Shown here in pieces: positions 1 through 13,052 of a DNA stretch of 64,000 nt (the first letter of the stretch is position 1; each line of letters opens with the position of its first letter). The stretch covers positions 186,001 through 250,000 of the forward strand of contig NIVC01000600.1 in the NCBI GenBank assembly GCA_002269645.1, written 5' to 3'. A model generated the notes under the pieces. That model made no database searches. It saw only the letters and a list, made by a program, of their open reading frames with translations, and was not told the DNA's origin. This DNA is from Macrostomum lignano (Eukaryota). A program made the position numbers and the translations under genes.

Positions 1-261
1 GATACTCCCAAGTTACATTGTTGCCAACTTGATACTTGAGCCTTGTTTCCTAATAGACTCAAGAAAGTTGCTGTTTGAAGCATCCACAGGTCAAGGGGGC
101 GGGCTGGTCTCGCTTTTAAAGTTTGTAAAATTATACAATATTTCGAAATTTTAGTGTTACTTCTAGCGCTATTACGTATTATGCATTAATGATGACGCAA
201 CACCCCCCGATTCGCTAAAACAACTCGTATAAAAAATAACCTCGCACAGTTCAGCGCTCAC

Positions 262-526
262 CAATGATGTAGGAAGCGCCACCTCCGTTGAGCCGGACAT
301 CGCGAACGGGCACCCCGTCGGCCTCTAGGCGAGTCCGCACCCGCTGAACCCAGTCCTTGAGGGTGAGGCGCACCGGCGGGCAGCCGCCCAGGCCGTGAAT
401 GGCGATCTCCTGCTCCATGAAGTTGTACAGACGCTCGACCTGCTCAAAGCACAGCACACTGTACCGACTGGAGTCGCGTCTCTGCTTGCTGTTGCACGTC
501 TTCTCGTCTCTATGGTCACTGGTCAT
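262..526 (-). CDS. TENT5: Terminal nucleotidyltransferase 5 (FAM46 family), first coding exon; the gene continues off the left edge of the window
   Basis: Translation RYSVLCFEQVERL..EIAIHGLGGCPPVRL..VRTRLEADGVPVRDVRLNGGGASYI matches the FAM46 N-terminus as recalled (VLNWEQVQRL..IPIHGRGNFPTL..VRDVRLNGSAASHV). ATG at 526, upstream acceptor CTAACCACAG at 550-541, donor ATTG|GTGAGC after 262. Confidence 0.85.
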
Positions 527-2363
527 GCTTGCAGTCAGCACTGTGGTTAGATGGGTGACAGACCTTGGCTGAGGTAAATACAAGCTAGAGAAGTGTTGCG
601 CTGGAGAACACGAAACGGCTTTGTAAGTCTTGAAGGCCAAGGCTGCGAGAAAGAAAGCGCGGACTATTTATAAGCCTAGCTCAGCAGTTTTCACCCCCCT
701 GTGCTGTTGAGCTAAATTTAAAATGTACACCTGACCCTCCTCAAAGCCTGACAGCAGCCCTCCAATAGGAGGTCGCCGCCAGCGCCTCCACCCGCACTGA
801 ATGAATCTGATAAGTAAAGTTTTGGTTTGAGCTAGTCAGTAGCTTGAGTAGTCTGATTAATTACAGTTCGCATTGCGATCATAAATAACAATCAGATTGC
901 CAACGGCGTGTAAGCTATCATTTCATCTTGGCACAACTGGGAGGTTGGATAGCAACACTGCTGAGCGCTGGCGTCGGGCTCAAAAAGAATTCCATCCAAC
1001 TCAATGCGTACATTGCGAAAGCAGAAGGCCGATGTTACAAAAATAGCCCATCCGGGGACGGGGGTCGAGCTTCTCCTATTTTGGTCGTCGGGTAGGGATG
1101 GGGATAGAATGAAACTGGAGGCGCTGTCCTTGCCCCCCCATCCGTCCCAAATCCCTGAAACTCTCGCGGGCCTCCATTCCGTGTTGACTCTCCGTAGTCC
1201 CATTGCGGCCAGGGATTGCCAGAGAGAGAGTCTGGACTGGAAGACTCACAAGTTTGGACTCGGTTCAAGGCTAAATAAGTCTTTTTTTAAACAAATTTAA
1301 AAAGAAGCAAAACTTAAAACGTCAAGCGCCGAGCAAGGTTAACGGAGAAAAAACTTGTCATTTGGTTTGTTTTGAAGATAAATCAAAGCTAAAGCCTGAG
1401 CTCTGCTTTCTGTCCAGATTTCTATAACTTTGAACAGTCCATGTCCCTGCCTAAGGGGAAGAGGACTGAGTGGGTGGGATGCGGGGAGTGGGAGAGAACT
1501 GGTACAGAGCCGACCTTCGAGGCGGTGGTGGAATTTCCCAAGCCAACTCCGTCTAAAAAGGACGATACGGATCGACAGGAGCTTCTCGCTGTAGGAAAGC
1601 AGATACAGAGGAAGCTGGGCAGCCTGCTTTTCTGGCGGACTGCCAATATTGAGTTGCTAGGCTATTTTTAGACACTTGGCCTTCCTCTATCCTCCCCTCT
1701 ACAGCGGTGGCTGTAGAGACGAAGCCTCTTCAATCGAGCATAAACGAGGAGAAAACCCGATGGCCTTCTCAGAGTGAACCGTCATCAGCCCGCGCCAGTC
1801 TCTGGAGGGGTGTGCAGGAAATTTCTTTGCCAACTTCTTTTCTGTAGTCTATTTTTAGCAGCAGAAATTTTCTTCCAAAAGCCCGTTTATAGCCCCGATA
1901 TAAAAATTCATGGACTGCCTTCTCTTCTTTTCCTTCTTCTCATGTTCCATCCAAGCTCTTACTCAAACTCAAGCCCTAGCTTCGATGCGTGGGTGGAAGG
2001 CTGGCTTGTTGTCAAGGCTACTCGTTCGTTCATGCGTTTTAGTACTCGCCATCCTTACTCCAGCCGTCTCACTCCTCCCGACTCACCGCACCCTACATTC
2101 CCATTTTTTCGTTCAAGTCTATTTTTGGCGATGCTTAATTTATGCAGCCTGTGTGGGATATTTTTATCGTTATCAAAACACGCCAAGCACAAAATTAATA
2201 GATGAAACGCGAAGTGCAGCCGGTGGCAAAAACAGCATTAATTTATTAATTTTCTGTCGGCTGCATACATTCCGATCAATAGTTTATTGGCTAGTGACTC
2301 TGAACTCTTGGTTGGTTTACAGTCAAATGTAGCATGTTTGAAATGGTATTTGAGAATGTTTAA

Positions 2364-2652
2364 AGATGTCGCTTACCAGTAAGATGTCGCTTACAGTTAG
2401 ATGTCGCTTACAGTTAGATGTCGCTTACAGTCAGATGTCGCTTACCAGTAAGATGTCGCTTACAGTTAGATGTCGCTTACAGTTAGATGTCGCTTACAGT
2501 TAGATGTCGCTTACAGTTAGATGTCGCTTACAGTTAGATGTCGCTTACAGTTAGATGTCGCTTACAGTTAGATGTCGCTTACAGTTAGATGTCGCTTACA
2601 GTTAGATGTCGCTTACAGTTAGATGTCGCTTACAGTTAGATGTCGCTTACAG
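2364..2652. repeat. 17-bp minisatellite (AGATGTCGCTTACAGTT), ~17 copies
   Basis: Direct tandem units visible; two 18-bp variants (..CTTACCAGTA). Confidence 0.95.
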
Positions 2653-5600
2653 ACATCGATAACTTAACCTCTCTCTTCTATAGGTCATGACCCGAGATCC
2701 CATGCGCAATCTAGGAAGTGGGCACAGGGAGTGAGTCCATATTTAATGGATGCATTGAGCCCCAACATCCGGGAGCCGGGACGCCAGAATAATTATTTCT
2801 CTCCATGCTCGGGCTAGCAGAAATCAATCTGTGCTCCCTGAATCTTTTCTCAGCGACAGCAAATACACATACAGCACACCGAAACACACTCGCATTCTTA
2901 GAAATCACCCGAGACCTACATGTACAAATAAAGTCATAAACCCATGTCCTTACTTCGTGCTGTAAAACTGTCATTTGCTAAGAACATGCTATATTTACAA
3001 GCCATTCTCCTATGTCATCAATCATGACACGCATCCAAGACCCACAAACCTTGGAGCATTTGACACCCACTGAACCTTAACAGACCTGGCGCACCAGGCC
3101 TTCTCGAAACTGCACTACTCGCTCAATTCCGCAACTGCACGCGTAATTTTTCTGCTTTTAAAGCCCATCCTAATGACTATTGCTTTCGGTAGTAGCTACC
3201 GCTTTAAGCGATCGTCAGATGAACAGAGTGCAGGATGAACAGTTACATGCGTGGTAATCTGATAAAACTAAAAGTTTTTAACGTTTTTTACACCACATTT
3301 TCGTAACCTTCCATTTTTGCCTTCTTTTTGGCAAATGGCAAGCAAAATAGGAAAAAAACATATTTGAATTTACAAAAAGCAGTATAACATCCCAATATAC
3401 TACTTAAAAACAAGCTAAAAAGCAAACATTAAATTATAACGCTTTGGAAACATATTCATGCAGGTTTAGTTATAAGATTCGCCAAAAATATACTGCATGC
3501 TTCGCAACATAAGATCTGATTCTTTAGATTATACAAGATTCATTTTACTAAGACCAAAAAAACACGAATAGCATGGTGACAATTTCGGCGTCGTTTAACT
3601 TAATTAATAGTTCGGGTTAGCAATGCAGGGCGGTTAAAAATTCTATACAAAAGAAAATTAAAATAAAAACTCTACTTCTTTATTACTAATGTGCATTATA
3701 AAAATTTTTAAAAAATATTTTTATCATTCATATAAATGAACTTGAACTTAAAGTAATCGTTTAAACTATAAAATATGACAGTAATTTTGTTTTAAACGGA
3801 AAACCTATTTATGGTCAAATTAAACTATACGGTTATTTTTCAGAAAAAGAAAACAAGCGGAATAAAAATCATATTTTAGTGTCATCAATAAATTCATCAA
3901 AATACTGTTTAAAACGGCGGTAAAAGCGAATTTAGAGTTTCTATTATCTTCTTTGGGTTATTTTGTACATATTAAGTCCAAAAGTTATGCCTGTCAAATA
4001 AATATTTGGTTTAATTAGTCTTTTGACTGTAACTGCAAATGCAGACCATATTATTGTTTGGTGTGCCTTTGGTTAAATTTTCGTATGTATTTTGTGATTT
4101 TCCTTGATCAAAACAATTTGACAGCTGCCATTTATTTGTTAGTTATATTGTATGCCATATGTTCAATTGATTTTAAGTAGCACTAAGCCTGCCTTAAAAT
4201 GATATTCCATTGTATTGTATCAAAGTATTGTTATTAGGGCCAATTAGGCTAGGCCCCAATGGTCATTGTCAGGAACGTGAACCACGTGTGCCAGAATAAA
4301 TTTTCCCCTTTTTTTCTTCATGCGCCATGGGCCAAAGCAATTTTATTCCTTGTACCATGTGTTTACAGTTGACACTTGGGATTGTCAAATCAAATTCTAA
4401 AATTTAAAATAAAAGCCTAATATTTAATTTAATGTAATATTATATTAGGCCTAGGCCTATTGCATTTATTGTTTAGCTAACAAATAGTTTACTATTTTTT
4501 ACTTAAAAATTGTAAAAAATATATAACTTTGCATGTTTCTTTACTTTCTATAGCCTGCACCATAGTAAGGAAGGTGGCACAGTGTGCGCCAAAATAATTT
4601 TTTTGGGGCAATCTGTACGCTGTTTATGCGCCATTTGTGCACCCTCTGTGTGGCGTCTGTGCGCCATGTCTGCCCTTATTTTACATAATTTAGATAATTT
4701 ATGTATTTTATGTAAGTTATGTATTTTATGTAAATTATATATTTTATGACATTTACAAAATTCTTATAATTCATGTAGACTCAATATGCTATGCCAGTTT
4801 TATGTTAATAAAGATTCTATTTTGATTCCTTATAAACCAAAGTTGTACATAGCACCACATATGTCAGGGACCTTATGCACTGCATGCGCGACAGTTATGC
4901 GCTACATGCACTAGGGACCTCAGTTTGCACCATGATTGTGTGCCGCATACGCCAAGGACCTCAATGTGCACTATGATTGTATGCCAAGTGCACTAAGGAC
5001 CCCTTGTGTAAGTGCCAGAATTTTACCTTGGCCAAGGCCACCTTCTTGACTATAGAGCTTGCAAGCTAGCTATTATTATTAAAACTAAAATTGCTATGAC
5101 TAATTTAAGGCTTCTCAATGCTGTGTAAGTGATAAAAGCCTTTGGCAATTTGCCATAGCAAGATGAACAAGATAAGTATGCTATCTTTCAACTTTAACAT
5201 GTTAGTTCTCATGTTATTTATGTGCCACCCTTTGAGTGTTTGCTCTCTCTCTCTCTCTAGTATGTTATCCCTTTGGTGCATCACCATTTAGCCCTTCTAG
5301 TATACCAACCATGTCAACACTTTTTAAAGCACACTAGATCCAGGGTTTTCTTTTTGGCCAGAGACAAGGTGCAAAATTGCACCCTATGCTCACTTTCAGG
5401 GTGCAATTTTAAGGCTCAAAGTGCAATTTCTCTTTTTTTATTCAAAGGTAATGTAAATAAGGCTTCAATGGAAAAAAAGGTTATGAGACTACATCTAAAC
5501 TGCATCCATTTTTCAATTTCAAGGTGCAAATTTAAAATTTAAGGTGCATATGCACACTGCGTACAAAAAATAAACCTAGACTAGATCCATGGCTATCTGT

Positions 5601-6884
5601 ACAAATGTAACTTTTTCTAATGGGAGTTTAATAAAAAATAATTGATATAAGCAATAAGTTGTAAAATGATTTTTATGTTTAAAATGTAGATTTAATTTAA
5701 GCTTTACTTAAATGTTAGGTTCTTAAATAATTAAATAACTAAAGTAAACAATTTAGACTTATTGTTTTATTAGATTACTTTTGCCAAAAAATTATTAGCT
5801 TATTGCCAATTGTTTTTTTTCCAAAATAATATTTTGCTCTACAAGACATTAATTTAGCTAGCTACCTATGTATGAAAATTTATTAAAGATTTTTACCATT
5901 TAAGTTTAATGGTTTTTTATAGTTATAGGCAATGTTTTTTTAATATTTAATCCCTTTAGCACCAAGCTATTTCTGAGCCAAAATGTATGTACCATCATAG
6001 AAATTTTTTATCAAATGGTGCAAGTTTGAAAAAAATCAGTTGAGCCATTTTTCTGAAATTAATCACAAGTCTTTTTATGTTTTTAATTGACCTTTTTTAT
6101 GTAGGGTGTCTTTATTTGGCTTCCCATCCCTGTTTAACAACAACAACAAGTAGGGTGTCTTTATTTAGACAATTGAGATTATTGAATTAAAAATAGTCAA
6201 AGAATATTTTTAAAAATCTTATTTCAGCCCTAATGATACTATGAATAAAATAATATTATAAAATACCAAAAATGCACTTTTTTTTAAGTGCCATGCCAAT
6301 ATCATATTGATCTGATAAATTATGGTACTGATTTTGTTATTGTCTGTATAATCAAACAATTTTTTCTTCAAAAAACCTGGCTTTTTAGAATTAACAAATC
6401 GTTTTACTTTGCTTAAAGATTGACCTAGTTTTTGTAAATTTGTAAGCATAATATCTTGTCTAACCTCTAGTATTAAATGCCATAACAATGTCTATCCAGT
6501 GTTGGATTCAAGTTGTGCTTATTGTCCTAGATTTAATTATTTAGCATATATGTACACGAGAGACCAGTCTAGTTAGTAATAATAGTAGTAACTATCCTAT
6601 TATACTATGCAAGTAGTATATAAAGCTCAACTACTTTGAAAATAAAATTCATGGCGCAGCTGAAGCAGCCGCTTGGCCAGGAATGCAGCTGGTTAAATAA
6701 GACAGAGACCAGCCAATTGATCAGCCTACTCCCCGCCTGTAAAGAATAGAAACCTAATTCTAAAGCTTGAATATTTGTCTTTCACAGAAACACAGATTTG
6801 TCTTGTCAAGTCTTTCATCCTCGCTTAGGAGAGTGATTAGTTGTCTTGCTTACTCGGCATCCAAGCGCAGAAAGGGAGAAATTA

Positions 6885-7169
6885 ATGGACACAGACGAGG
6901 ACTGCGAGCCGCCTATTGTACGCCTGGGCCTGATGCCGCCGCCTCCGCCTCCGCCGCCTCTGCTGCATCCGTTTGGCAGCTCCGACTGTTCGGCCGCCTC
7001 CAAGCCCGGCTGCTTGACCCTGCTGGCCATGTCCAGCTCGTCCGACTCGTCCAGCTGCTCGGACTCCGACTCCACGTCAACGCCTAGCGCTCCGGGGCCC
7101 GCCGCTCTGGCCTGCGGCAGGTGCAGACTGGCGTTCGACACCTCTTGCGCTTGGCTGGCCCATCTGCAG
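6885..7169 (+). CDS. C2H2 zinc-finger protein, exon 1 (Pro/Ser-rich region, start of finger 1)
   Basis: ATG at 6885. CGRCRLAFDTSCAWLAHLQ ends at donor CAG|GTGTGG (phase 0); the finger is completed by DH at the start of exon 2. Confidence 0.75.
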
Positions 7170-7325
7170 GTGTGGAAACTTTTTTGGTGATACTTGCCGG
7201 GGGATTGTGCGATTCACAGCCCATTAGGCCCAACCCCCAAGGGCTTGGCCTGACGATTAATAGAAAGTCAATTGTGTTTATGGCTGCATTGATTGCATTT
7301 GTCACTCCCCTCGCGCACTTTTCAG

Positions 7326-7553
7326 GACCATCGGCAGCAGGGAATCGGGTCATTATCCTCCGACTGCTCCGCCGTCCTCACTGAGGTCTGCAGCGCCGCT
7401 GTGGACTCGCCGACAGCATCCGCCGCGTCGACGGCCGGCAACCGGCAATCCTCCACCGCCGTAGCTAGCGGCCAAATTATTGCCGACGTAGCCAACGACG
7501 AAGAGATGGCGGCTGAATTGCAGCGAATGCAGCGGCAGAGCTACCTGCAGTAT

Positions 7554-7594
<41 letters not shown>

Positions 7595-7836
7595 ATTCTA
7601 TCTGCAGCAGCGCCATCATCAGACGCGCACAACGGAGGAAAACAACTCGGCCGTGCCGTCCTCCCAGGAGCAGCAGTGTCGCTGCCCGCTGTGCGGCGCC
7701 TCCTTTGGTCGGTCGCAGAATCTTGAGAGTCACATCCGGCGCAAGCACATGGGCGCCGAGAGCGTTGTGTGCCCCGACTGCGGCAAATGCCTGTCTTCAA
7801 ATTCTTCTCTGAAGAAGCACATGCGCCTGCATTCTG
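7326..7836 (+). CDS. C2H2 zinc-finger protein, exon 2 (polyQ, fingers 2-3)
   Basis: Acceptor TTTTCAG|GAC. Fingers CPLCGASFGRSQNLESHIRRKH and CPDCGKCLSSNSSLKKHMRLH. Donor TCTG|GTGAGT (phase 1). Confidence 0.9.
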
Positions 7837-7988
7837 GTGAGTGGCTGGCCTCCTATGGCTTCTGTCTACAATGCCTCACAGAGATCGCCCTGTTACCCCG
7901 TCTCTTAGAAGAGTCATTCCGTTTACATTTGACTTAAACTCCCTAGAAAAAACTCCCTAGCTTCATAAACAGATGCTTCGTAGAATTT

Positions 7989-8338
7989 CCCAATAAACAC
8001 CTGTCTATATGATATGAGTGGCCCAATAAACACCTGTCTATATGATATGAGTGGCCCAATAAACACCTGTCTATATGATATGAGTGGCCCAATAAACACC
8101 TGTCTATATGATATGAGTGGCCCAATAAACACCTGTCTATATGATATGAGTTGTCCAATAAACACCTGTCTATATGATATGAGTGGCCCAATAAACACCT
8201 GTCTATATGATATGAGTGGCCCAATAAACACCTGTCTATATGATATGAGTGGCCCAATAAACACCTGTCTATATGATATGAGTGGCCCAATAAACACCTG
8301 CCTATATAATGATGACTAGCTCAATAAACACCTGTCTA
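7989..8338. repeat. 33-bp intronic minisatellite (CCCAATAAACACCTGTCTATATGATATGAGTGG), ~10 copies
   Basis: Tandem units fill intron 2 of the zinc-finger gene and produce 11-aa periodic spurious ORFs. Confidence 0.95.
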
Positions 8339-8366
8339 ATCCATAGGCCATTTCCCCCATCTCCAG

Positions 8367-9022
8367 GTGAGACGCCGTTCAGCTGCGACTTCTGCCGGTC
8401 GGCATTCCGCCAGAAATGGGAGCTGGAGAAGCACCTGGACTACAGCCACGGCGACAAAGAGCTGGCCTCGGCTGACAAGCCGTTCCAATGCAGCCTGTGC
8501 GGCCGGGCCTTCATCTATCAGAACAGCTGCAACGCGCACCGCCGCGTGCACCAGCGGGCCTACCAGTGCCCGCACTGCGGCATCGGCCTCACCTCTGCCA
8601 ACGATCTTCGCCGGCACGAGCTGGCGGCCCACCAGCCGCAACAGTGCTGGCCCTACGCCTGCCACCTGTGCCCCGACCGGTTCAGCCGCAAAGCTCACCT
8701 GGACGCTCACCTGGCAGCCTGTCAGCTGCGTCAGCGCCAGAGGCTGCAAGCCAATTATTCTCAGCAGCATCCAAATCAGCAGCGGCATCATCATTATAAT
8801 CATCAAATTGGCGACGACCCCGACCTGCTGCGCTGTCTGCTGCGGGCAGTTGACTCGGCCTCCGGCTCGTCTGCAACAGCCGCAGCTGGCGGCGCGGTCG
8901 GCACCCTCAGCGAACTCGAAGCTTCAACTGATCCGCCAGACTTGAGCCTGCTGAACTCCGTGCTGGACTCGGCGAACTCGATCGATATTGATGATGTGGC
9001 ATTCTCTAGCCAACCTCACTGA
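8367..9022 (+). CDS. C2H2 zinc-finger protein, exon 3 (fingers 4-7, stop)
   Basis: Acceptor CTCCAG|GT restores the canonical linker HSGETPF. Three further C2H2 fingers and one C2HC finger. TGA at 9020-9022. Spliced CDS is 1452 nt (483 aa), in frame. Confidence 0.9.
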
Positions 9023-9705
9023 CTGCAGCCCCTGCACCGCCGCCCCACACCCGCATGCCGCTCTTTCTGTAAGTCCGGTCTTTCCTGCATCGCGCGCCAG
9101 TCTTGAAGGAGATTTTCTTGCAGTTGCCACCAGTCTCTCGCTTTCCCATCTCCTTATATAAACAGAGCAACACGCACTGTCTATGTAGGATTGTATAGAA
9201 GAAACACAACAGTGTGTAATTAATTATAATCATTTGTATACTACTGCTAATCGCTCTTGTTTTTAGTAGTAATACGCGGCTGTCTTGTTTATTATATATC
9301 TATATATCTGTATATGCGCATACATTATAGAGGCTGACCCTTTCCCAGCAAAGAAGCTGCTTGTTTGCAATTTCTACCGAATATTAATATTGCTTCGGGC
9401 ATTGCTATTTACTTTTCTGTTTATTTATTTATTTATTCATTCATTAATAGTGTGTCCGCGGCGACCTTTGGACTTTCTCTCTCTCTTTCTCTTCAACATA
9501 ATTTGCTTTTGCGAGTGGGCAGGCAGCATAGGCGTGTAAATATTCTGTAGAAATTAGAGCGCTACTATTTACTCAATTCTCTACTGCGTGTTTATTATCG
9601 TTCGTATACTATTTATAATGCACCATTAATGTACTTTTATTGGCAGTCCGAGTCGGGCTGCTATTTTCGAGAGTTTTAGCTTCGGCTGGTTATTTGCAGT
9701 AATTA

Positions 9706-11037
9706 CGAGGGGTATTCAAAAAGTTTTGGCAACAGGCTACTAAAACCTAGTGCAAGCTCATTATTCTAAAAGTAAGGGTTTACAGTCCTTCTATGTAGTC
9801 TCTGCCGCGCTCTATGCACTTCTGATGCCTCCGTAGCCACGAATCAAAGGCGCCGCGGTACTCCGATTTAGTGAATGCCCTCAACTCTGAATTGATAGCG
9901 CGCGCCAGGTCTTGCGGCCTCTGAAATTGGCACCCAGCCAGCCTCTCGGTCAGTTTCGGGAAGGCCCGGAAGTCGCACGGAGCCAAGTCCGGGCTGTAGG
10001 GCGGGTGGCGAACGGTTTTCAGCCGGTTCTCCTCCAGAAATGCTGAAGTCATCGCCGCAGTGTGGCTTGACGCATTGTCATGGTGAAGGTGGATGCGACC
10101 TGACTCCAAGCGCGTGCGTTGATTTTGCCGCACGAAATCAACGACAGCTGGCAGGGCAGTGCTGGTATAGAAGCTGGCGTTCACATTCTGGCCTTTGGGC
10201 ACCATGACAACAGCTACTGGGCCACAGATGCTGAAGAACACAACGAACATCTGCTTGCGTGAGCAAAATGCTGATTGCAGAACTGTTGGACGCTCTTCAT
10301 CTGCGCCAATCCAAACCTTGTTCTGGCTCTTGTTGGGCACCTGGAAGTAGTAAAACCACTTCTCGTCACCGGTGACAATGTCAGAGAGGCGCTTGGTGCC
10401 GCCAGAACCGAAGCATCGCAAGAACTCCTGACTGCAGCGAACCCGCTCCTGGCGCTGCTCCTCAGTGAGCTGATGTGGCACCCAACGAGCTGTGATCTTC
10501 CTGAGCCCCAGCTGCTCATGCAGGATGGTGAAAACGCTGCCCTCAGATATGTCAAGTGTCTGGCTCAGCATGGCAACAGAAATGTTTGGGTCCTCAGCCA
10601 CCAGCGATTGCACAGTGTCAATGTTGCTCTTGGTCACGGCTGTGCTCGGCCTCCCCGATCGAGGGTCGTCACAGAGGCTGCTCCTGCCGGCGCCAAAAGC
10701 CTCAATCCATCGCGCAACGGTGCAATAAGATGGAGATTGATCCCCTATCACCTGTGCTAAGTCGGCATGGATTTTGGTGGCATTTTCTCCAAGTTGTGCG
10801 CGCATGAAGATGTAGAAGCGCGTGTTTTCTGAGCTGATATTTTCCATAATTTGTCAGAAGCTGAAACGTAGGTATGGTTAAGTGTGAATTGTGCAATAAC
10901 GGGTGAAGCCATTGAGCTGAAAATTTATATGGTGGTCTCAGGCATGTTACTAAAAATGTCCCTAAAATTTAGTGTGTTTTGCTTGAGCCAAAGTATATCT
11001 GCATATGCAGTTGCCAAAACTTTTTGAATGCCCCTCG
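9706..11037 (-). mobile_element. Full-length mariner (DD34D) DNA transposon, 1332 bp
   Basis: 28-bp TIRs: CGAGGGGTATTCAAAAAGTTTTGGCAAC (9706-9733) and its inverse (11010-11037, 1 mismatch). Flanked by TA at 9704-9705 and 11038-11039. Encloses an intact transposase ORF. Confidence 0.97.
9780..10847 (-). CDS. Mariner transposase, 355 aa
   Basis: Motifs WVPHQL, IVTGDEKW, HHDNASSH and HPPYSPDLAPCDF; 34 residues between the 2nd and 3rd catalytic Asp; N-terminal HTH region; no stops. Confidence 0.97.
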   Translation of the reverse strand: MENISSENTRFYIFMRAQLGENATKIHADLAQVIGDQSPSYCTVARWIEAFGAGRSSLCDDPRSGRPSTAVTKSNIDTVQSLVAEDPNISVAMLSQTLDISEGSVFTILHEQLGLRKITARWVPHQLTEEQRQERVRCSQEFLRCFGSGGTKRLSDIVTGDEKWFYYFQVPNKSQNKVWIGADEERPTVLQSAFCSRKQMFVVFFSICGPVAVVMVPKGQNVNASFYTSTALPAVVDFVRQNQRTRLESGRIHLHHDNASSHTAAMTSAFLEENRLKTVRHPPYSPDLAPCDFRAFPKLTERLAGCQFQRPQDLARAINSELRAFTKSEYRGAFDSWLRRHQKCIERGRDYIEGL

Positions 11038-11490
11038 TATAGTAGCCGCTGAAGTTCATTGAAATTGCCCGTTTCTCTTTCTTTGTGTGTTTTTTGGTCC
11101 CACATTGCTTTCAGTAAATTTGCTCCTTTCAAATTTCCTATGAATTATTTCATTTATCAATGATAATTGTTAAAATGCTTTGCTGAATATTGCTGTACAT
11201 TTATGAATATAACTCCCCTTTTGGCAGTTCTCCCAATTGTGGCTCTCTTCTTGTGTATGATACCCCTGTCTCCAAACCCCAATACTGCCTTCTAGTTCTT
11301 TTTTGATGTTGCATTGTGTTGTCCTTTGTGTCTACTTTTACAAATTGTTTCAAGTTTTTTTTTAAAGCAGCAATTTTGTTGGCTCTTTATCGGATCTTTC
11401 TCTCTTTTTTGTGGCTCGCTGTGCGTTTAAATGCGATTTTCGTGTATAGCGACCGGCTCTGTCTATGCTGGCGTCACCGGGGCTGAGCTG

Positions 11491-12038
11491 CCCTCCATCC
11501 CGTGCAGAATCGCCCTCCAACCCGTGCAGAATCGCCCTCCAACCCGTGCAGAATCGCCCTCCAACCCGTGCAGAATCGCCCTCCAACCTGTGCAGAATCG
11601 CCCTCCAACCCGTGCAGAATCGCCCTCCAACCCGTGCAGAATCGCCCTCCAACCTGTGCAGAATCGCCCTCCAACCCGTGCAGAATCGCTCTCTACCCTG
11701 TGCAGAATCGCCCTCCAACCCGTGCAGAATCGCCCTCAAACCTGTGCAGAATCGCTCTCTACCCTGTGCAGAATCGCCCTCCAACCCGTGCAGAATTGCC
11801 CTCCAACCCGTGCAGAATCGCCCTCAAACCTGTGCAGAATCGCTCTCTACCCTGTGCAGAATCGCCCTCCAACCCGTGCAGAATCGCCCTCCAACCCGTG
11901 CAGAATCGCCCTCCAACCCGTGCAGAATCGCCCTCTACCCTGTGCAGAATCGCCCTCCAACCCGTGCAGAATCGCCCTCCAACCCGTGCAGAATCGCCCT
12001 CCAACCCGTGCAGAATCGCCCTCAAACCCGTGCAGAAT
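11491..12038. repeat. 22-bp minisatellite array A (GTGCAGAATCGCCCTCCAACCC)
   Basis: About 25 tandem units. Confidence 0.95.
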
Positions 12039-13052
12039 GGGCCTCAGCTCCGCTGTCGCGAGCACCAGCCTGAGTGGCACATTTGCACATGTATTTACTG
12101 TGTCCTGCTTGACTCAAACAGTGGCTGTAAATATAATTTTTAGTTAGCAACCGCTGCTTTTCCTCATAAGCTTTGTAATTGATGCTGAAGCCGGCAGGCG
12201 CGTTTCTGATTTTTCACGGTTTCCCGATGCTTTCAATCAACACTTTTCTTCTTGTTCTTGTGTTTTTTTTAAAACTAATTGCTTCTGCCCTGACTGTTGC
12301 TTTCCGTTGCTGGACTGGAGTCTAAACTAATAGGTAGGTTAGAAGGATAACAAAGTTAACCAACACGGGCAGCGATATTTGCTTGGAATTTTTATTTCAA
12401 ATTTATCATAATTGCTTTTTGTTTGTTTGTTTTGTTTTTGAAATTAAGTACTTTTAGGTCTTTCCTGAGCAGCGCTTTTTTCTGTCCGTCTTTCGGCACT
12501 GCGTGTTTTTTGCTAATTAGTAGACTAGAATCGGGCACTGGTCATGGTGGGACTTCAGACTGGGGGGTCTTGTTATGATAGCGGCTTTAACGGATCACGG
12601 AGAACAGGGGATGCAGTTTGCGTTTTACTTCATATCTAAGCCATTATTGCTATGTCAATTATATTTCACATTATCTGCTTAGCATCCGTTATCTGCATAG
12701 TTAAGACTATTATATAAATACATTATAACTACCTGTCTATTTACTTGGCCCATCAGCAGTTTTTCAGCTTTCACTGTGTCTATTTATAAATATTTATTAT
12801 TTTTTGCTTTCCATGTCAGTCTTTGTCTGCCCCACCCCCCTCAAATCGCCTCATCGCAGCGGTTTTTGTTGATCACCACACTTGTGTACTAATTTGCACA
12901 CCTGTTATGTTCATATTCTCATAAATATACTAATTATTAATGCTATATTGAGCTAAGTTAGGAGTTTCTACACTTTAAATATTCTGCTTCATATAGCGAA
13001 ACGGCCAGCTGGAAAATGCATTTGCAAAGTGCTTCATTTTTTCACGACTATC

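Noticed and set aside
527-640. N-terminal extension of the TENT5 ORF
   Set aside because: Begins at TTG and crosses a branch/acceptor signal at 550-541; the ATG at 526 fits the family N-terminus.
3100-6600. AT-rich region with scattered GTGCGCCA / AAGGTGCAAA motifs and MITE-like fragments
   Set aside because: No terminal inverted repeats, TSD or coding remnant could be delimited by eye.
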